Of a stretch of DNA of 64,000 bases, positions 26,305-43,417 are shown piece by piece. The position numbers and the translations under genes were made by a program. The notes under the pieces were generated by a model. It searched no databases, was not told the DNA's origin, and saw only the letters and a list, made by a program, of their open reading frames with translations. Source of the stretch: the human T2T-CHM13v2.0 reference genome, Homo sapiens; assembly GCF_009914755.1 (NCBI RefSeq), contig NC_060927.1, one strand, 5' to 3'. The number at the start of each line of letters is the position of its first letter. Position 1 is the stretch's first letter.

Positions 26305-27214
26305 CAAATGTAGTGACAGGGTAAAAATAAATGTTCCTGTTAACAGAAACAGGTAACATAGAGAGTGGAGAAGACTGATATATGTTGGAGAAGAGGGTAA
26401 AAAAAGGAACCCACACCTCAGGTATAAAGATTGATTTTTATGGACCAGTAAAACATTCAAAAGAAAACAGTGACTAGAAAGTTGATGACAATATGAGGAT
26501 TAGGAAGAAAATTGAAAAATAATGTAGAAAACCAATGAAGAAACCAAATTCCACAAGCAGTTGTTCCATGTCTAGCTATACAATTTATTTTTAACTTTAA
26601 TAATTCATCATATTAAGAATAAATCACTTAGCTTCAGCAATAGGAAGTAGAAGGGTAGAAGGAAAAATTGTAATCTGTTTTCTTAGCTAATTGAAAACAC
26701 ATTCGTAATGTATCACTTCCATTTTTCTGTTCATTTGTTTCTTGCTTTTCTTAAAACCAAAAGTGACTTTTGAAAGATATTTTACCTTGGCCTTTATAAT
26801 GGTTTTATATATTTCAAAACAGATAAACATTTTATTATAAATGAGAGGTGAAATATTTTCTTGTTATTCATAACTGATATATTTGGCATCTTAGCAATCT
26901 TTACCATTATAATACAAAAAGTCAATATAAATGTTATTAATTAATGAAACTATCATCCATTTAGACATTGTTATTATTTATCTTTATTCTGCAATACATT
27001 TGAAACCTAAATCTGTTCTAAAATATTATCTTATAAAACACATGTCCATTTTTATGCTATTATAAGAAGCATCTTATGCCAAAATAGGCAAAAAGTACAT
27101 TTTTCAAGGGATATTATTTTAAAATCATTAAATTTGTTATTGAAAAAGCCATCAAGAAATTATAGAGACCAGTGTCCTTCGATAGCATTTAACAGCAGAA
27201 TGAATTATCTCAGA

Positions 27215-27258
27215 ATTATCCCATGGGCTGAGAAAGATTATCCCATGGGCTAAGAAAG
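27215..27258. repeat. 22-bp tandem duplication
   Basis: ATTATCCCATGGGCT(G/A)AGAAAG twice, 21/22 identical. Confidence 0.95.
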
Positions 27259-28885
27259 AGACAATTGTTTTAAAAATGAGCTTCGTCATTGCCTACTTGA
27301 AATAGAACTGCAGTTTATATCTTGAACAATGCTGAAGACATATACTTCAATATATATTTATCATTAAATATATAGATTGCTTATATTAATGTAAATGAGT
27401 TAGAAAAATAAGAAAAAAATAGTAAATACCTTGAGAAAAAATTATCATTTTATTTATTATATATTCTGGGTTGTGAAAAAAATTCACTCCTAATTTTATC
27501 AACCCTAAAAATAATTCATTTATCAGAATGCTATTTTTGATAGTTCATCCAATTAATTATGCCTGGAGAGAATACTAGGAAAGTGATGCAATAAGGACAG
27601 CTCTTCCCTGGAAAATGCAGTTTCTTTGGGAGAGATCACTGTGGGCGACTTTTGCTGAAGGTATTGGACCCTCAATTCTCTAGGAAATAATTATGGAAAT
27701 CCCAAGGGGAAAAGATGTGACATGATTACAGAGGTCAGCAGAAGACTGGGGGTGGCTCCCATGATTGTTAAGTCTTATTTTAACTTAACATATTCTAGCA
27801 TTATTGAAAAATACACCAACCGATTTACTGAAAAATGAATACAAAATTTTCCTAAACTTCCTACATACTTTTATCAACCTTTGCCAACACCTTAGTGTTT
27901 ATGTTATAGAACTATAAAGCTTACAGCTAAAAGAAACCTAGCAGATAACATCGTATTAATTTGCTTTTCAAATTATATTGTCTTGAGTTACAACAATGCA
28001 AATAATATTTTCCATATATTGCTTAAAAAATATAGTTCCACAAGACATTAATCAGGACATTGTATACAATGAAATATTATAGATGAATAAATTAGCTAGC
28101 AGTAATCTATAATAGTATCCTTTAGCAAGACAAGATCTTTAACACACCAATAAGAATACAATTTTAAGGACAAATACTTGTCAAAATATACTTTTAGCAT
28201 TTCCTGGTAAGGAGTGAGGATATGGTGGGAAATTGGGAAAATAGATAATTAATGTTATTTAATACTTTTAGTAAAAATTAGTACAAGCACATCTAAAATA
28301 ATGACTAAAAATTATACAATATAAATTCATAAGGCTTTAATAATTCAATAAAAGTTTATGTCTACAAAATACCAAATGTAGTGTTACTTACTAATAATTA
28401 CTTGCCAAAGAGAAAGATGTCTAGAAGGTATCTTTGAGTTGCTCAATTTTTGACAAATTATACAACTAAAAATAGTAATTTAGAAATTACATTTGAAATG
28501 GATGTAAATGCTTTTTTTTCCTGGGCAAAATGGCCTAATAGGAACAGCTGCAGTCTGCAGCTCCTAGTGAGACCAAGGCAGAAGGCGTGTGACTTCTGCA
28601 TTTCCAGTTGAGGTACCTGGTTCATCTCATTGGGACTGGTTAGACAGTGGGTGCAGCCCATGGAGGACAAGCAGAAGTGGGGCATGGGGGCAGGGGGTGT
28701 GGGTGTCACCTCACCCGAGAAGCGCAAGGGGTTGGGGAGCTCCCTCCTCTAGCCAAGGGAAGCCATGGGGGACCCTGCTTTGAGGGATGGTGCATTCTGG
28801 CCCAGATACTACGCTTTTCCCACAGTCTTTGCAACCTGCAGACCAGGGGATTCCATTGGTTCCTGCACCACAAAGGCCCTGGGTT

Positions 28886-29164
28886 TCAAGCACAAAACTG
28901 GGTGCCCATTTGGGCTGACAATGAGCTAGCTGCAAGACGTTTTTTTCGTACACCAGTGGTGCCTGGAATGCCAGCAAGACAGATCCATTCACTTCCCTGG
29001 AAAAGGGGCTGAAGCCAGGAAGCTAAGTGGTCTTGTTCAGCAGATCCCACCTCCGTGGAGCCCAGCAAGCTAAGATCCACTGGCTTGAAATTGTCACTGG
29101 CAGCACAGCAGTCTGAAGTTGACCTGGGATGCTTGAGTTTGGTGGGGGGAAGGGTGTTCGCCAT
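28886..29164 (-). other. Antisense ORF0-like open reading frame (92 aa) in the L1 5'UTR
   Basis: MANTLPPTKLKHPRSTSDCCA...STEVGSAE is colinear with the L1HS ORF0p N-terminus as I recall it (MAGAPPPASLPPCSLISDCCA...SVGVGPSE). True ATG in strong Kozak context GTAATGG. Confidence 0.7.
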
Positions 29165-29855
29165 TACTGATGCTAGAGTAGGAGGCTTTTCCCCTCACAG
29201 TGTAAACAAAGCCTATGGGAAGTTCAGACTGGGCAGAGCCCACAGCAGCACCTCAAAGCTGCTGTAGCCAGGCTACCTCTTGAGATTCCTCCTCTCTGGG
29301 CCGGGCATCTCTGAAAGAAAGGCAGCAGCCCCAGTCAGGGGCTTATAGATAGAACTCCGAGAGCACCTGAGAGAAGGGGCAGCTGTGGGCACGGCCTCAG
29401 CAGACTTAAATGTTCTTGCCTGCTGGCTCTGAAGAGAGCAGCAGATCTCCCAGCATAGCACTTGAGCTCTGCTAAGGGACAGACTGCCTCCTCAAGTGCG
29501 TCCCTGACCCCCATGCCTCCTGATGGGGAAATACCTCCCAACAGGGGTTGACAGACACCTCATACAGGAGAGATCTGGCTGGCATCTGGCGGGTGCCCTC
29601 CAGGATGAAGCTTCCAGAGGAAGGAGCAGGCAGAAATCTTTGCTGTTCTGCGGCCTCAGCTGGTGATACCTAGGCAAACAGCATCTGGAGTGAACCCAGC
29701 AAACCCCAGCAGACATGCACAAGAGGGGCCTGAATGTTAGAAGGAAAACTAACAAAAGAAAGAAATAGCATCAACACTAACAAAAGGACAACCATGTAAA
29801 AACTCCATCTGAAGGTCACCAACAGCAAAAACCAAAGGCAGATAAATCCACAAAG

Positions 29856-30925
29856 ATGAGCAAAAAACCAGTGCAAAAAGGCTGAATGTTCCAAAAACCA
29901 GAACACCTCTTCTCCTCCAAAAGATCACAACTCCTCACCAGCAAGGGATCAAAACTAGATGGAAAATGAGTTTGACGAATTGACAGAAGTAGGCTTCAGA
30001 AGGTGGGTAATAACAAACTCCTCCAAGCTAAAGGAGCATGTTCTAACCCAATGCAAGGAAGCTAAGAACGTTGAAAAAGGTTAGACTGTTAACGAAAATA
30101 ACCAGTTTAGAGAAGAACACAAATGACCTGATGGAGCTGAAAAACACAGCACGAGAACTTCATGAAGCATACATGAGTATCAATAGCCAAATCGATCAAG
30201 TGGAAGAAAGGGTATCAGAGACTGAAGGTCAACTTAATGAAATAAAGTGTGAAGACAAGATTAGAGAGAAAAGAATGAAAAGGAATGAACAAATCCTCCA
30301 AGAAGTATGGGACTATGTGAAAAGACCAAACCTAGGTTTGACTGGTGTACCTGAAGGTGACGGGGAGAATGAAACCAAGCTGGAAAACACACGTCAGTAT
30401 ATTATCCAGGAGAACTCCCACACCCTATCAAGAAAGGCCAACATTCAAATTCAGGAAATACAGAGAACACTACAAAATACAATACAGGAGCACCCAGCTT
30501 CATAAAACAAGAAGAGCAACCCCAAGACACATAATCTTCAGATTCACCAAGGTTGAAATAAAGGAAAAAATGTTAAGGGCAGCCAAGAGAAAGGTCGGGT
30601 TACCCATAAAAGGAAGCCCATCAGACTAACAATACTGGAGAGTATTGTTAGACTAACAGTGGATCTCTCTGCAGAAACCCTATAAGCCAGAAGAGAGTAG
30701 GGGCCAATATTCAACATTCTTAAAGAAAAGAATTTTCAACCCAGAATTTCATATCAAGCCAAACTAAGCTTCATAAGTGAAGGAGAAATAAAATCCTTTA
30801 CAGACAAGCAAATGATGAAATATTTTGTCACCACTAGGCCTGCCTTACAAGAGCTCCTGAAGGAAGAACTAAATATGGAAAGGAAAAACTGGTACCAGCC
30901 ATTGCAAAAACAAACCAAAATGTAA
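29856..30925 (+). pseudogene. L1 ORF1p, disrupted
   Basis: Coiled-coil and RRM fragments (QEVWDYVKRPNL, TPRHIIFRF) with frameshifts, stops and two insertions. Confidence 0.9.
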
Positions 30926-30988
30926 AGACCATCAACAATATGAAGAAACTGCATCAACTAATGGGCAAAATAACCAACTAGCAACATA

Positions 30989-34801
<3,813 letters not shown>

Positions 34802-35305
34802 ACAATGGGAACATATAGGCACAGAGAGGGCAACATTACACACCAGGGCCTGTCAAGGGGTGGAGATTAAGGGGAAGGATAGCATTAGGAGAAATACCTA
34901 ATGTAGATGACAGGTTGATGGGTGCAGCAAACCACCATGGCATATGTGCACCTGTGTAACAAACCTGTACATTCTGCACATGTATCTCAGAACTTAAAGT
35001 ATAATTAAGAAAAAAAAAGAAAAGAAAATTTAGGTAAATATTTTCTCTTCATAACCCAACTTTTAAACAGTCCGGTTGTCTGGCAAATTACACAACACTA
35101 TTTCTGCATGTTCCTGTGCATGTGTACGTTTTGGCATCACTGAGGTTTCAGTGGAGTATTGAGCAAGCCATTTGAAAAACGTTATTTTAAACAAATGGTA
35201 CATTCTAAAAAATAGCACTTATTGAGGTACAAGATTAATACTGCAACTTTAGCTTAGTTTTCCCTCCATGCTCAGGCTTTTCATACAATTTTTTCTCTTA
35301 GTAAT

Positions 35306-35790
35306 TGTTGAATTACACCCCCAGTACACAGGCCAAATGGACTCCCTATGGCTAAAATGTTAAGCAGAATCAAGAGGTTATGACATAGTGAGGGAGAGGT
35401 CACATTCTCTGTGTGCTTGGGAATGTGTTACAAAACCTAGTTTTCTACAACCAATGCAAAGAATAGTTCCTGAAAACAACTGCAGGTGGAAATCGCCCAA
35501 CTGACCACCAAGAGACCACCTGGTATCAACCTACCGACCACGTGGACACAGACAATTGAGAGACTGGTGATTTGAGCTTAAAGGTCATCCAATCAAGACT
35601 CTGTTCTTCACTTCTCTGACCTGCCAACCTCTGCCCTTCGGTTTTTGTCTTTATAATCTCCTACTCCGTGACTTGTCCTCAGAGCATACAACTGTTGCAC
35701 GCCAAAGGCTGTTTCTCCAATCTGGAGGTTGCTTTTAGAAACGAAAATTCTCCTTTTGCCTCCACAGATTTCATTGGTCTTTTGTTAACA
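35306..35790 (+). mobile_element. Solo LTR, LTR47/MER72-like
   Basis: TGTT...TTAACA termini. ATGGACTCCCTATGGCTAA near the start, CCAAT and TATAA boxes, 3' end CCTCCACAGATTTCATTGGTCTTTTGTTAACA. Confidence 0.6.
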
Positions 35791-36320
35791 TTACTTATAA
35801 CAATTAACTGACAGAGCAAAATGAATTTTTATGGAACATAACACAATTTATGTAAAAATGCTTTTGTAAGCATTACATTACAAAAAATAGCATATTAACA
35901 CTTAAATATTGTAGAATCCTAAAATATAGTGTAAGGAATAATTGGACATGGACTCAAAAGTAATCTTTAAGGATGAATCTCTACTACTTTACCTTATTTA
36001 AAAAATGATATAAAAATGTCATTTTATTTTGATTTGTAACACGTACATAGTCATATAGCAAATATTGGTACCAGATTTTTGAAAAAGTAATAATTGATCA
36101 CTGTTATGTGTTTTCATTTTCAGACAGTAGTATTTTATAGTTTCAGTCATCTGTCTTGAGAATTTAATTGCTCTAACTTTATATTTGATTAAATATAGTG
36201 AAATTGCTATTTGTAAAGTTGTGAAAAATAGGCAATAATAAACAAAATATTTTTTACCTGAGACCTTACCATAAACCTAAAATTTCTAAATTATAAGTAA
36301 AAATTCTTATAAATACTATA

Positions 36321-36864
36321 TGTGCAGTGATTAATATTAAGTGTCAAGTCGATTGAATGGAAGGACACGAAGTATTTTTTTCTGGTTGTATCTAGGTGTT
36401 TCTGGGTGTTGCCAGAGGAGATTAACATTTGAGTCAGTGGACTGGGAGAGGAAGACCCACCCAAAATTGACTGCCAGCGCAATTGGATGCTAGAAAAAAC
36501 AGACAGAAGTTGGAAGAAGCTGATTTGCCCAGTCATCTGGTCTTCATCTCTCCCATGCTGGATGCTTCCTGACTTCAAACATCAGACTCCAAGTGCTTCA
36601 GTTTTTGGACTCTTGAACTTACCCCAGTGGTTTGCTTGGGGCTCTCGGGCCTTTGGCCACAGACTGAAGCCTACACTATCGGCTTCCCTACTTTTGAGGT
36701 TTTGGGACTTGGACTGAGCCACTACTAGCTCCCTTGCTCCTCAACTTGCAGATGGCCTATCGTGGGACTTCACCTTGTGATAGTGTGAGTCAATTCTCCT
36801 TAATAAACTGCCTTTCATATATACATACATCAAATTATCTGTCCCTCTAGAGAACCCTAATACA
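36321..36864 (+). mobile_element. MLT2A (HERV-L) solo LTR, MLT2A2-like
   Basis: GAGATTAACATTTGAGTCAGTGGACTGGGAGAGG and GGCTCTCGGGCCTTTGGCCACAGACTGAAG; end GTCCCTCTAGAGAACCCTAATACA. Near-TSD CTATA/ATATA. Confidence 0.9.
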
Positions 36865-38019
36865 ATATACATATATATGTTTATGTGAAGTTGGTCATTA
36901 TTTGCATTTTCTATTTTATTGGGATTTCTCTGTTAAAAATATCTCATAAATAGAACTAGTAATATAAATATATTTATACAGTGTTATTTTAAATTACTCT
37001 AGTAAACAGTATAATTTATTCAACTAATCCTCTTTTCTATAATTAGATTATTTTTAGCTTTTTAGCTTTCAAAATTAATAAAAAGGGATAATACCAATGC
37101 TAAATCATGACTGTTTCTGTTAATTCTTAACTATTTTCTTAGGATGTTAATCTTAAGCAAAGTTGTAGTATATTTGGATAAAGTTACACAATCTTTATGG
37201 GGCATGTGTGTGTGTGTGTCAGGGAGAATGAGAGATTATTTGTGTTCAAAATTATTAATCTGAAAATATTTTTGTCCTTTAAATTTTCATTACCTTGAAA
37301 TTGGGCTAGAGTGGATGACTATTAAGTTTGAGAAAATATTTTTTATGTGAAAACATCTTATTAGAAGGAAGACAGGACATAGATTGTTTAAAATATATTT
37401 CAGGTGTTTGTGTTTGAGCAAGTTCGGGGGATGCTGCTGTACACTACTGCATATTAAAAGGAAAAGTGATACTTTACAACTTAATTATGTCTGCTAAAGA
37501 ACTTGTAATGGATCGGATGGTTAAATAAGTGTTATCCTCACATACAATTTTTATTTAATAGTTAGGATTACTTTACTATCACATAGAATTTAATGAAAAT
37601 AAATTTCCATACATATAAAATGGAATCCTTCTATACTCTCTCTGTAGGTTGAACATCTGTGTAACTTATTAGAAATAACCAAATATTTCATTCAATTTTT
37701 TATTGTCAATTTGGGTGACTGTCAATGAAAATCTGTATAATACTTTCAAGTACTATAATGGAAACATTGATATTTCACTTCTTAGGTGTATGGAGGAGTA
37801 GAAAATTGAACTTGCTTTGTGTTTCTAACTCAAGTGAATACAACATGCACACTATACACAATGTGTTATAAATATTATGTTAACTCTCAGGCATACACTA
37901 ACTTATCTACCCACCTCAAAGGATATTTCCTTGATTGGTAGTTAAGTCAATGGGGACTGTTTATAGTAACAATCATGGCTTTCAAAATTGGTTTCCTAGG
38001 CATTTAAAGACTATTTATT

Positions 38020-38513
38020 TACTTATAATTTAAATTTTAATTTATTTTAGATTCAGGGAGTACATGAACATATTTGTTATATGGGTATATTGCATGCTAG
38101 TGGGGATTGAGCTTCTATTGTACCAATAATGTAAATAGTGAACATTTTACCTAACAGGTAATTTTTCAGAACTGGTCCCCTTCCCACGCTCCCTGCTTTT
38201 GGGTCCCCAGTGTTCATTATTTCCATCTTTATGTCCATGTGTACCCATTGTTTAGCTTCCACTTGTGAAGCTAAACGAATGGTATTTCATTTTCTGTTTC
38301 TGAGTTAGTTCATATAGGATAATGGCTTCTGGCTTCATCCATGTCACTGAAAACAACAAGATTTTATTCATTTTTGTGGTTGGATAATATTCCATGGTGT
38401 GTGTGTGTGTGTGTGTGTGTGTTTATATACATATATATACACACATATACATAGATATATACACACATGTATACATATATACACATATATACATATATAC
38501 ACATATATATACT

Positions 38514-38556
<43 letters not shown>

Positions 38557-40549
38557 GACATTTTCTTTACCTAGTCAACCATTGATGAACCAACACTGAG
38601 GTTGGTTCCATGACTTTTCTATTAAGAAGAGCACTGTGATGAACATAGAAGCCCAGGTGTCTTTTTTGTATAATAATTTATTTTCCTGTGGGTAGATACC
38701 CAGTGGTGGGATTGCTAGGTCAAATGGCAGTTCTATTTTTAGTTATTTGAGAAATTCCCATACTGTTTTCCTTAGTGATTGAACTAATTTACATTTCCAC
38801 CAACAGTGTAGAAGTGTTCCCTTTTCTGCATATCAATGCTAACATCTGTTGTTTGTTGAATTCTTAATAATAGCCATTCTGACTGGTGTAAGATGATATC
38901 TCACTGTGGTTTGAATTTACATTTCTCTGATGATTAATGATGTTGAGTGTTTTTTCATGTATTTCTTGGCCACTTGTATCTCTTCTTTTAAGAACTGTTC
39001 GTTCATGTCCTTTGCCCAGTTTTTAATGAGGGTGTTTGTTCATTTCTTGTTAAGTTGTGTTCCATGTAGATTCTAGGTATTAGTTCTTTTTCAGAGCCAT
39101 AATTTGCAAATATTTTCTCCCATTCCGTAGGTTGTCTGTTTAATCTGTTGATTATTTCTTTTGTATGCAGAAGCTTTTTAGTTTAATTAAGTCCCATTTG
39201 TCTTTTTTGTTTGCTTTTGGAATCTTCATCATAAATTCTTTGCCTAGGCCAATAACCAGAAGAGGTTTTCCTGGGATATCCTCCAGGATTTTTATAGTTT
39301 CAAGTGTTATATTTAAGTCCCAGTTCATCTTGAGTTCATTTTTGTATATGATGAGAGATAGAGGTCCAGTTTTTATTCTTCTGCACTTGGCTAGACAATT
39401 TTCCTAGCACTACTTACGCAATAGGATGTATTTTCTCCATTATTAATTTTTGTTAACTTTATCAAAGATCAGTTGGTTGTAGACATGTAGCTTTATTTCT
39501 GGGTTCTTTGCTATGTTCCATTGATCGATGTGTCTATTTTTCTACCAATATCATGCTGTTTTAGTTACTACAGTAGTTAATTTGTAGTATAATTTGAAGT
39601 CAAGAGATGTGATGACTTCGGATTTGCTATTTTTACTTAGTATTGCTTTGGCTACAGGATTGTACAGCTCTTTTATAATTCCATGTGAGTTTTAGGATTG
39701 TTTTTTCTAATGCTGTGAAAAATGACATTGATAATTTGATAGTGATTGTGTTGAATCTGTAGATTGCTTTGGGCAGGTTGGTCATTTAGTGGTACTGGTA
39801 CTTCCAATTCATCAGCATGGATTGTTTTTCCATTTGATTGTGTCATCTATGATTTCTTTGATCATTGTTTTGTGGAAATTTTTTACCTCCTTGTATAGAC
39901 GTATTCCTAGATTGTGTGTATGTGTGTTTGTGTGTTTGCACCTATGGTAAATGGAATTGCATTATTGATTTAGCTCTCAACCTCAATGTTATTGCTGTAT
40001 AGAAATGCTAATAATTTTTGTACACTGATTTTGTATCACAAAACTTTACTGAAATTGTTTATCAAGCCTGGGAATCTTTTAGAGGAATATTTAAGGTTTT
40101 CTAGTGATATAATCATTTCATCATTGAACAGAGATAATTTGACTTCCTCTTTTCCAATCTCAATACCTTTTATTTCTTTCTCTTCTCTGATCACTCTGCC
40201 TAGTATTTAGAGTGTTGAACAGGAGAAGTAAGAATGGACATCTTTGTCTTGTTCCAGTTCTTGGAGGGAGTGCTTTCAACTTTTTCCCATTCAGTATGAT
40301 GTTGGCTGTGGGTTTTGTCATATATGGCTCTCATTATTTTGAGTTATGTTCCCTCAGTGCCTAGTTTGTTGAAGGTTTTTATCATGAAGGGCTGTTGGAC
40401 TTTATAAAATACCTATTATACATCTATTGAGATGATCATATTGTATTTGATTGTAGTTCTCTTTATGTGGTGAATCACATTTATTGATTCGTGCATGTGA
40501 ACCATCCTTGGATCCCTGGAATAAAATCCACTTGATTGTGATGAATTCT
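38020..40549 (-). mobile_element. 5'-truncated L1PA16/17-L1PB-age element
   Basis: Antisense 3'UTR GATTCAGGGAGTACATG..ATGGGTATATTGCATG followed by continuous antisense ORF2 to about 40549. Confidence 0.88.
38397..38556. repeat. Compound (TG)n-(TA/CA)mix-(CA)n microsatellite
   Basis: About 13 GT units at 38397-38422 and about 15 CA units at 38516-38545 flank a TA/CA-rich core. Confidence 0.95.
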
Positions 40550-42396
40550 CTATTTAAATATGAAGCCATAGCTATAGGCTGCAATCAAATAGATTGTTTC
40601 TGTTGATTTATTCATATTAAGTGCTGTCATAAATTAGATTAAATATTCATTGTCTAACATGCCATTGTGAAATGGCAGAAGTCACCATTTAATTTTTAAA
40701 GGATGTTTATGATTTATATCTTATATAAAGTTGGAAGTTCTATGTATTTAATTATTCTTTAAACAGCATCAATATGCATTAACATTTATATCATTTCTGC
40801 ATCTGAGTGCTGTTCTGAACACTGCAAAAAAAAAATTTACCCAAGTAATTACCTATCACATTGGCTGTACTGTCTTTAAATGAATTTAAGACACACTACT
40901 CTTTAAGTAATGCAATTGATAATTCTATATAAATATTACTATACATAAAGTTTGAATGAATTTTATGTTTGCATTTATCCTATCTCTATAAATACAGTAC
41001 ACACAAAATATATTTTTGAAACAAATCAGAAGTGTTCAAGTAGTAAATTAAGATCTGAGACACAAACAAAATGTTGCAGAAATCCATGTTACCACTCTTC
41101 CAGAGATAGCAACAAAAGTTAAATTGACTATATTTTTTCTTTCTTTCATAGACTCTTAAATGTCACAATCATAATTCTATGTTGTTATATTTTAGTAAGA
41201 CTATTTCTTATATTTTAACTTATCCTAAAAAATCTAAGTCCCACCTTTGATCATTTCCACAGAACATATCTTCCCTAAACCAAATTTATTTTCTAAATTA
41301 ATTTTTAGGGGTGCTGTATGCATCAAAGCAATTTGTAGAATTCCAAATTCTAGAATGTATCTATTGTCATATTACAGAGGAAAAGAAATAAAAAAGAAAC
41401 CTTCCTTCTCCTACGTAAATGGTTTAATCTAATATTTTGTTTTCCTAAATGCCCTTCTGCTGGCTAAATATTATCTAATGCAAGCCAAATGCTAAGCATT
41501 TTATAATAACTTTAATATAAAAATATCAAATCACTTTTTATTGAATGGTTCCATAAATCAAGAGAATTTTCAACATTCATAAAAATTTTGCAGTGTGAAA
41601 ACTGACAACATGCCAAATTATTTTGACTCTTCTTAGCTCTTCAATGGGAATAATCTACTTTCACAAGGCTAATTTTTATTATATGTACACACACAAACAC
41701 AAATATGTATGTGCACATATGTGCATATACATATATATCCACAATATATGCAAAAACTTTTTATAATTTTAATTATAAGACAAAATATTAGCAATTTAGC
41801 AACCAGTCATTATCTTTCATTTTCAATAGCTATTTTTTCTTCCCTTAAATCCAAATCCCAAATGCTTGACTATTTCTACAACTCTATCCAGCACAGCAGC
41901 AATAAGCCTCTTAAATGCAATCTTCTTTCAGATTAATAAAGTGAATAGCTGAAAAAATTTCAGAATGCTGAGTTGTGCAGAAGTAGGAAACATTTCTTCT
42001 AATTCATAGTATTATTTATCTTTGTTAAATTCCCAAATTTGAGGCAGATGTAAAAGCTTGAGCCATTCCTTTAGCTAAGCAAAATCGTACTGATTTCATA
42101 AAGGTTACTACTGTTCTTCACAAAATTTTAAACAATAGTATCTGTCTTTTGGATGGTAAGAGATACAAATCTCTGAAAATTTTCATCTAAAATTATAATT
42201 TGTTTCTCTTTTAATACACACTTTCTAACAATTTAATAAACTGTTGCAAACTCTTTGGCTAAAAATTGAATAAAAGATAACATCATATCATGGTTCTTCT
42301 GAAATCATTTAAATTCTCATGTCTTGAGTTCATTTTAACTTATATGTGGGCTTCTCAAAGAGAAATTCAGAATAGCGCTAATTAAATTCACAGTTT

Positions 42397-42740
42397 AGCT
42401 GGGTATGGTGGCTCATGACTATAATCTCAGCACTTTGGGAAGCCAAGGCAGGCAGATTGCTTGAGCCCAGGAGTTGGAGACCAGCCTGGGCAACATAACA
42501 AGAACTCATCTCTACAAAAATATAAAATAATTAGCCTGGCATGGTGGCCTATGCCTGTAGTCTGAGCTACTCAGGAGGCTAAGATGGGAGGCTAAGATGA
42601 AAGGATTGCCTGAGCCTGGGAGGTCACAGTTGCAGTGAGCTGTGATCAGGCCATTGCACTCCGGCCTGGGCAACAGAGGGGACCCTCTCTTAATAAATAA
42701 GTAAATAAATAAAAAAGTCTCAATAAATAAGTAAATAAAT
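42397..42740 (+). mobile_element. AluJ with duplicated tail segment
   Basis: J-type diagnostics. Internal GGAGGCTAAGATG duplication, tail unit AATAAATAAGTAAATAAATAAA duplicated. TSD TAAATTCAC(AG/TC)TTT. Confidence 0.92.
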
Positions 42741-43099
42741 AAATTCACTCTTTAAAGAATCTAGTATTATAAGTTAAAATTTTGACATATTTTTCTTATT
42801 ACATGTTTCTTTTTGTTTGGAGGCACATTTATTTGTTTTCTGTCTTTGTCTGAAGAGTGTGAAAATACATAAGAATATTCCTTTGTTGTAAATGTGTCAT
42901 TTTATATCATGTTTCAAAATTCTTACAGAATTTACTTAACAAAATAAACAAGAAAGAGTTTACTACTGAGATAGCAGTTAGTTTTAAAATTGAAGAAAAC
43001 ATCCTTTTGTAAGTAATCTGAAATATTAATGAATAGTAGCATTCTTAACAATCACGATAGAGTATCAAACACTATTAAAATTGGTATGACTCCTATTTT

Positions 43100-43417
<318 letters not shown>

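Noticed and set aside
27215-27258. Direct repeats as a CRISPR-like array
   Set aside because: Only two adjacent copies with no spacer, in a eukaryotic context. An ordinary slippage duplication.
27560-27770. Slightly GC-richer patch, possible L2 remnant or exon
   Set aside because: No family or splice-site pair could be supported from the sequence.
28496-28520. TSD of the full-length L1 (AAATGGATGTAAAT vs AAATTTAGGTAAAT near 35026)
   Set aside because: Only 11/14 identical in AT-rich sequence, too weak to call.
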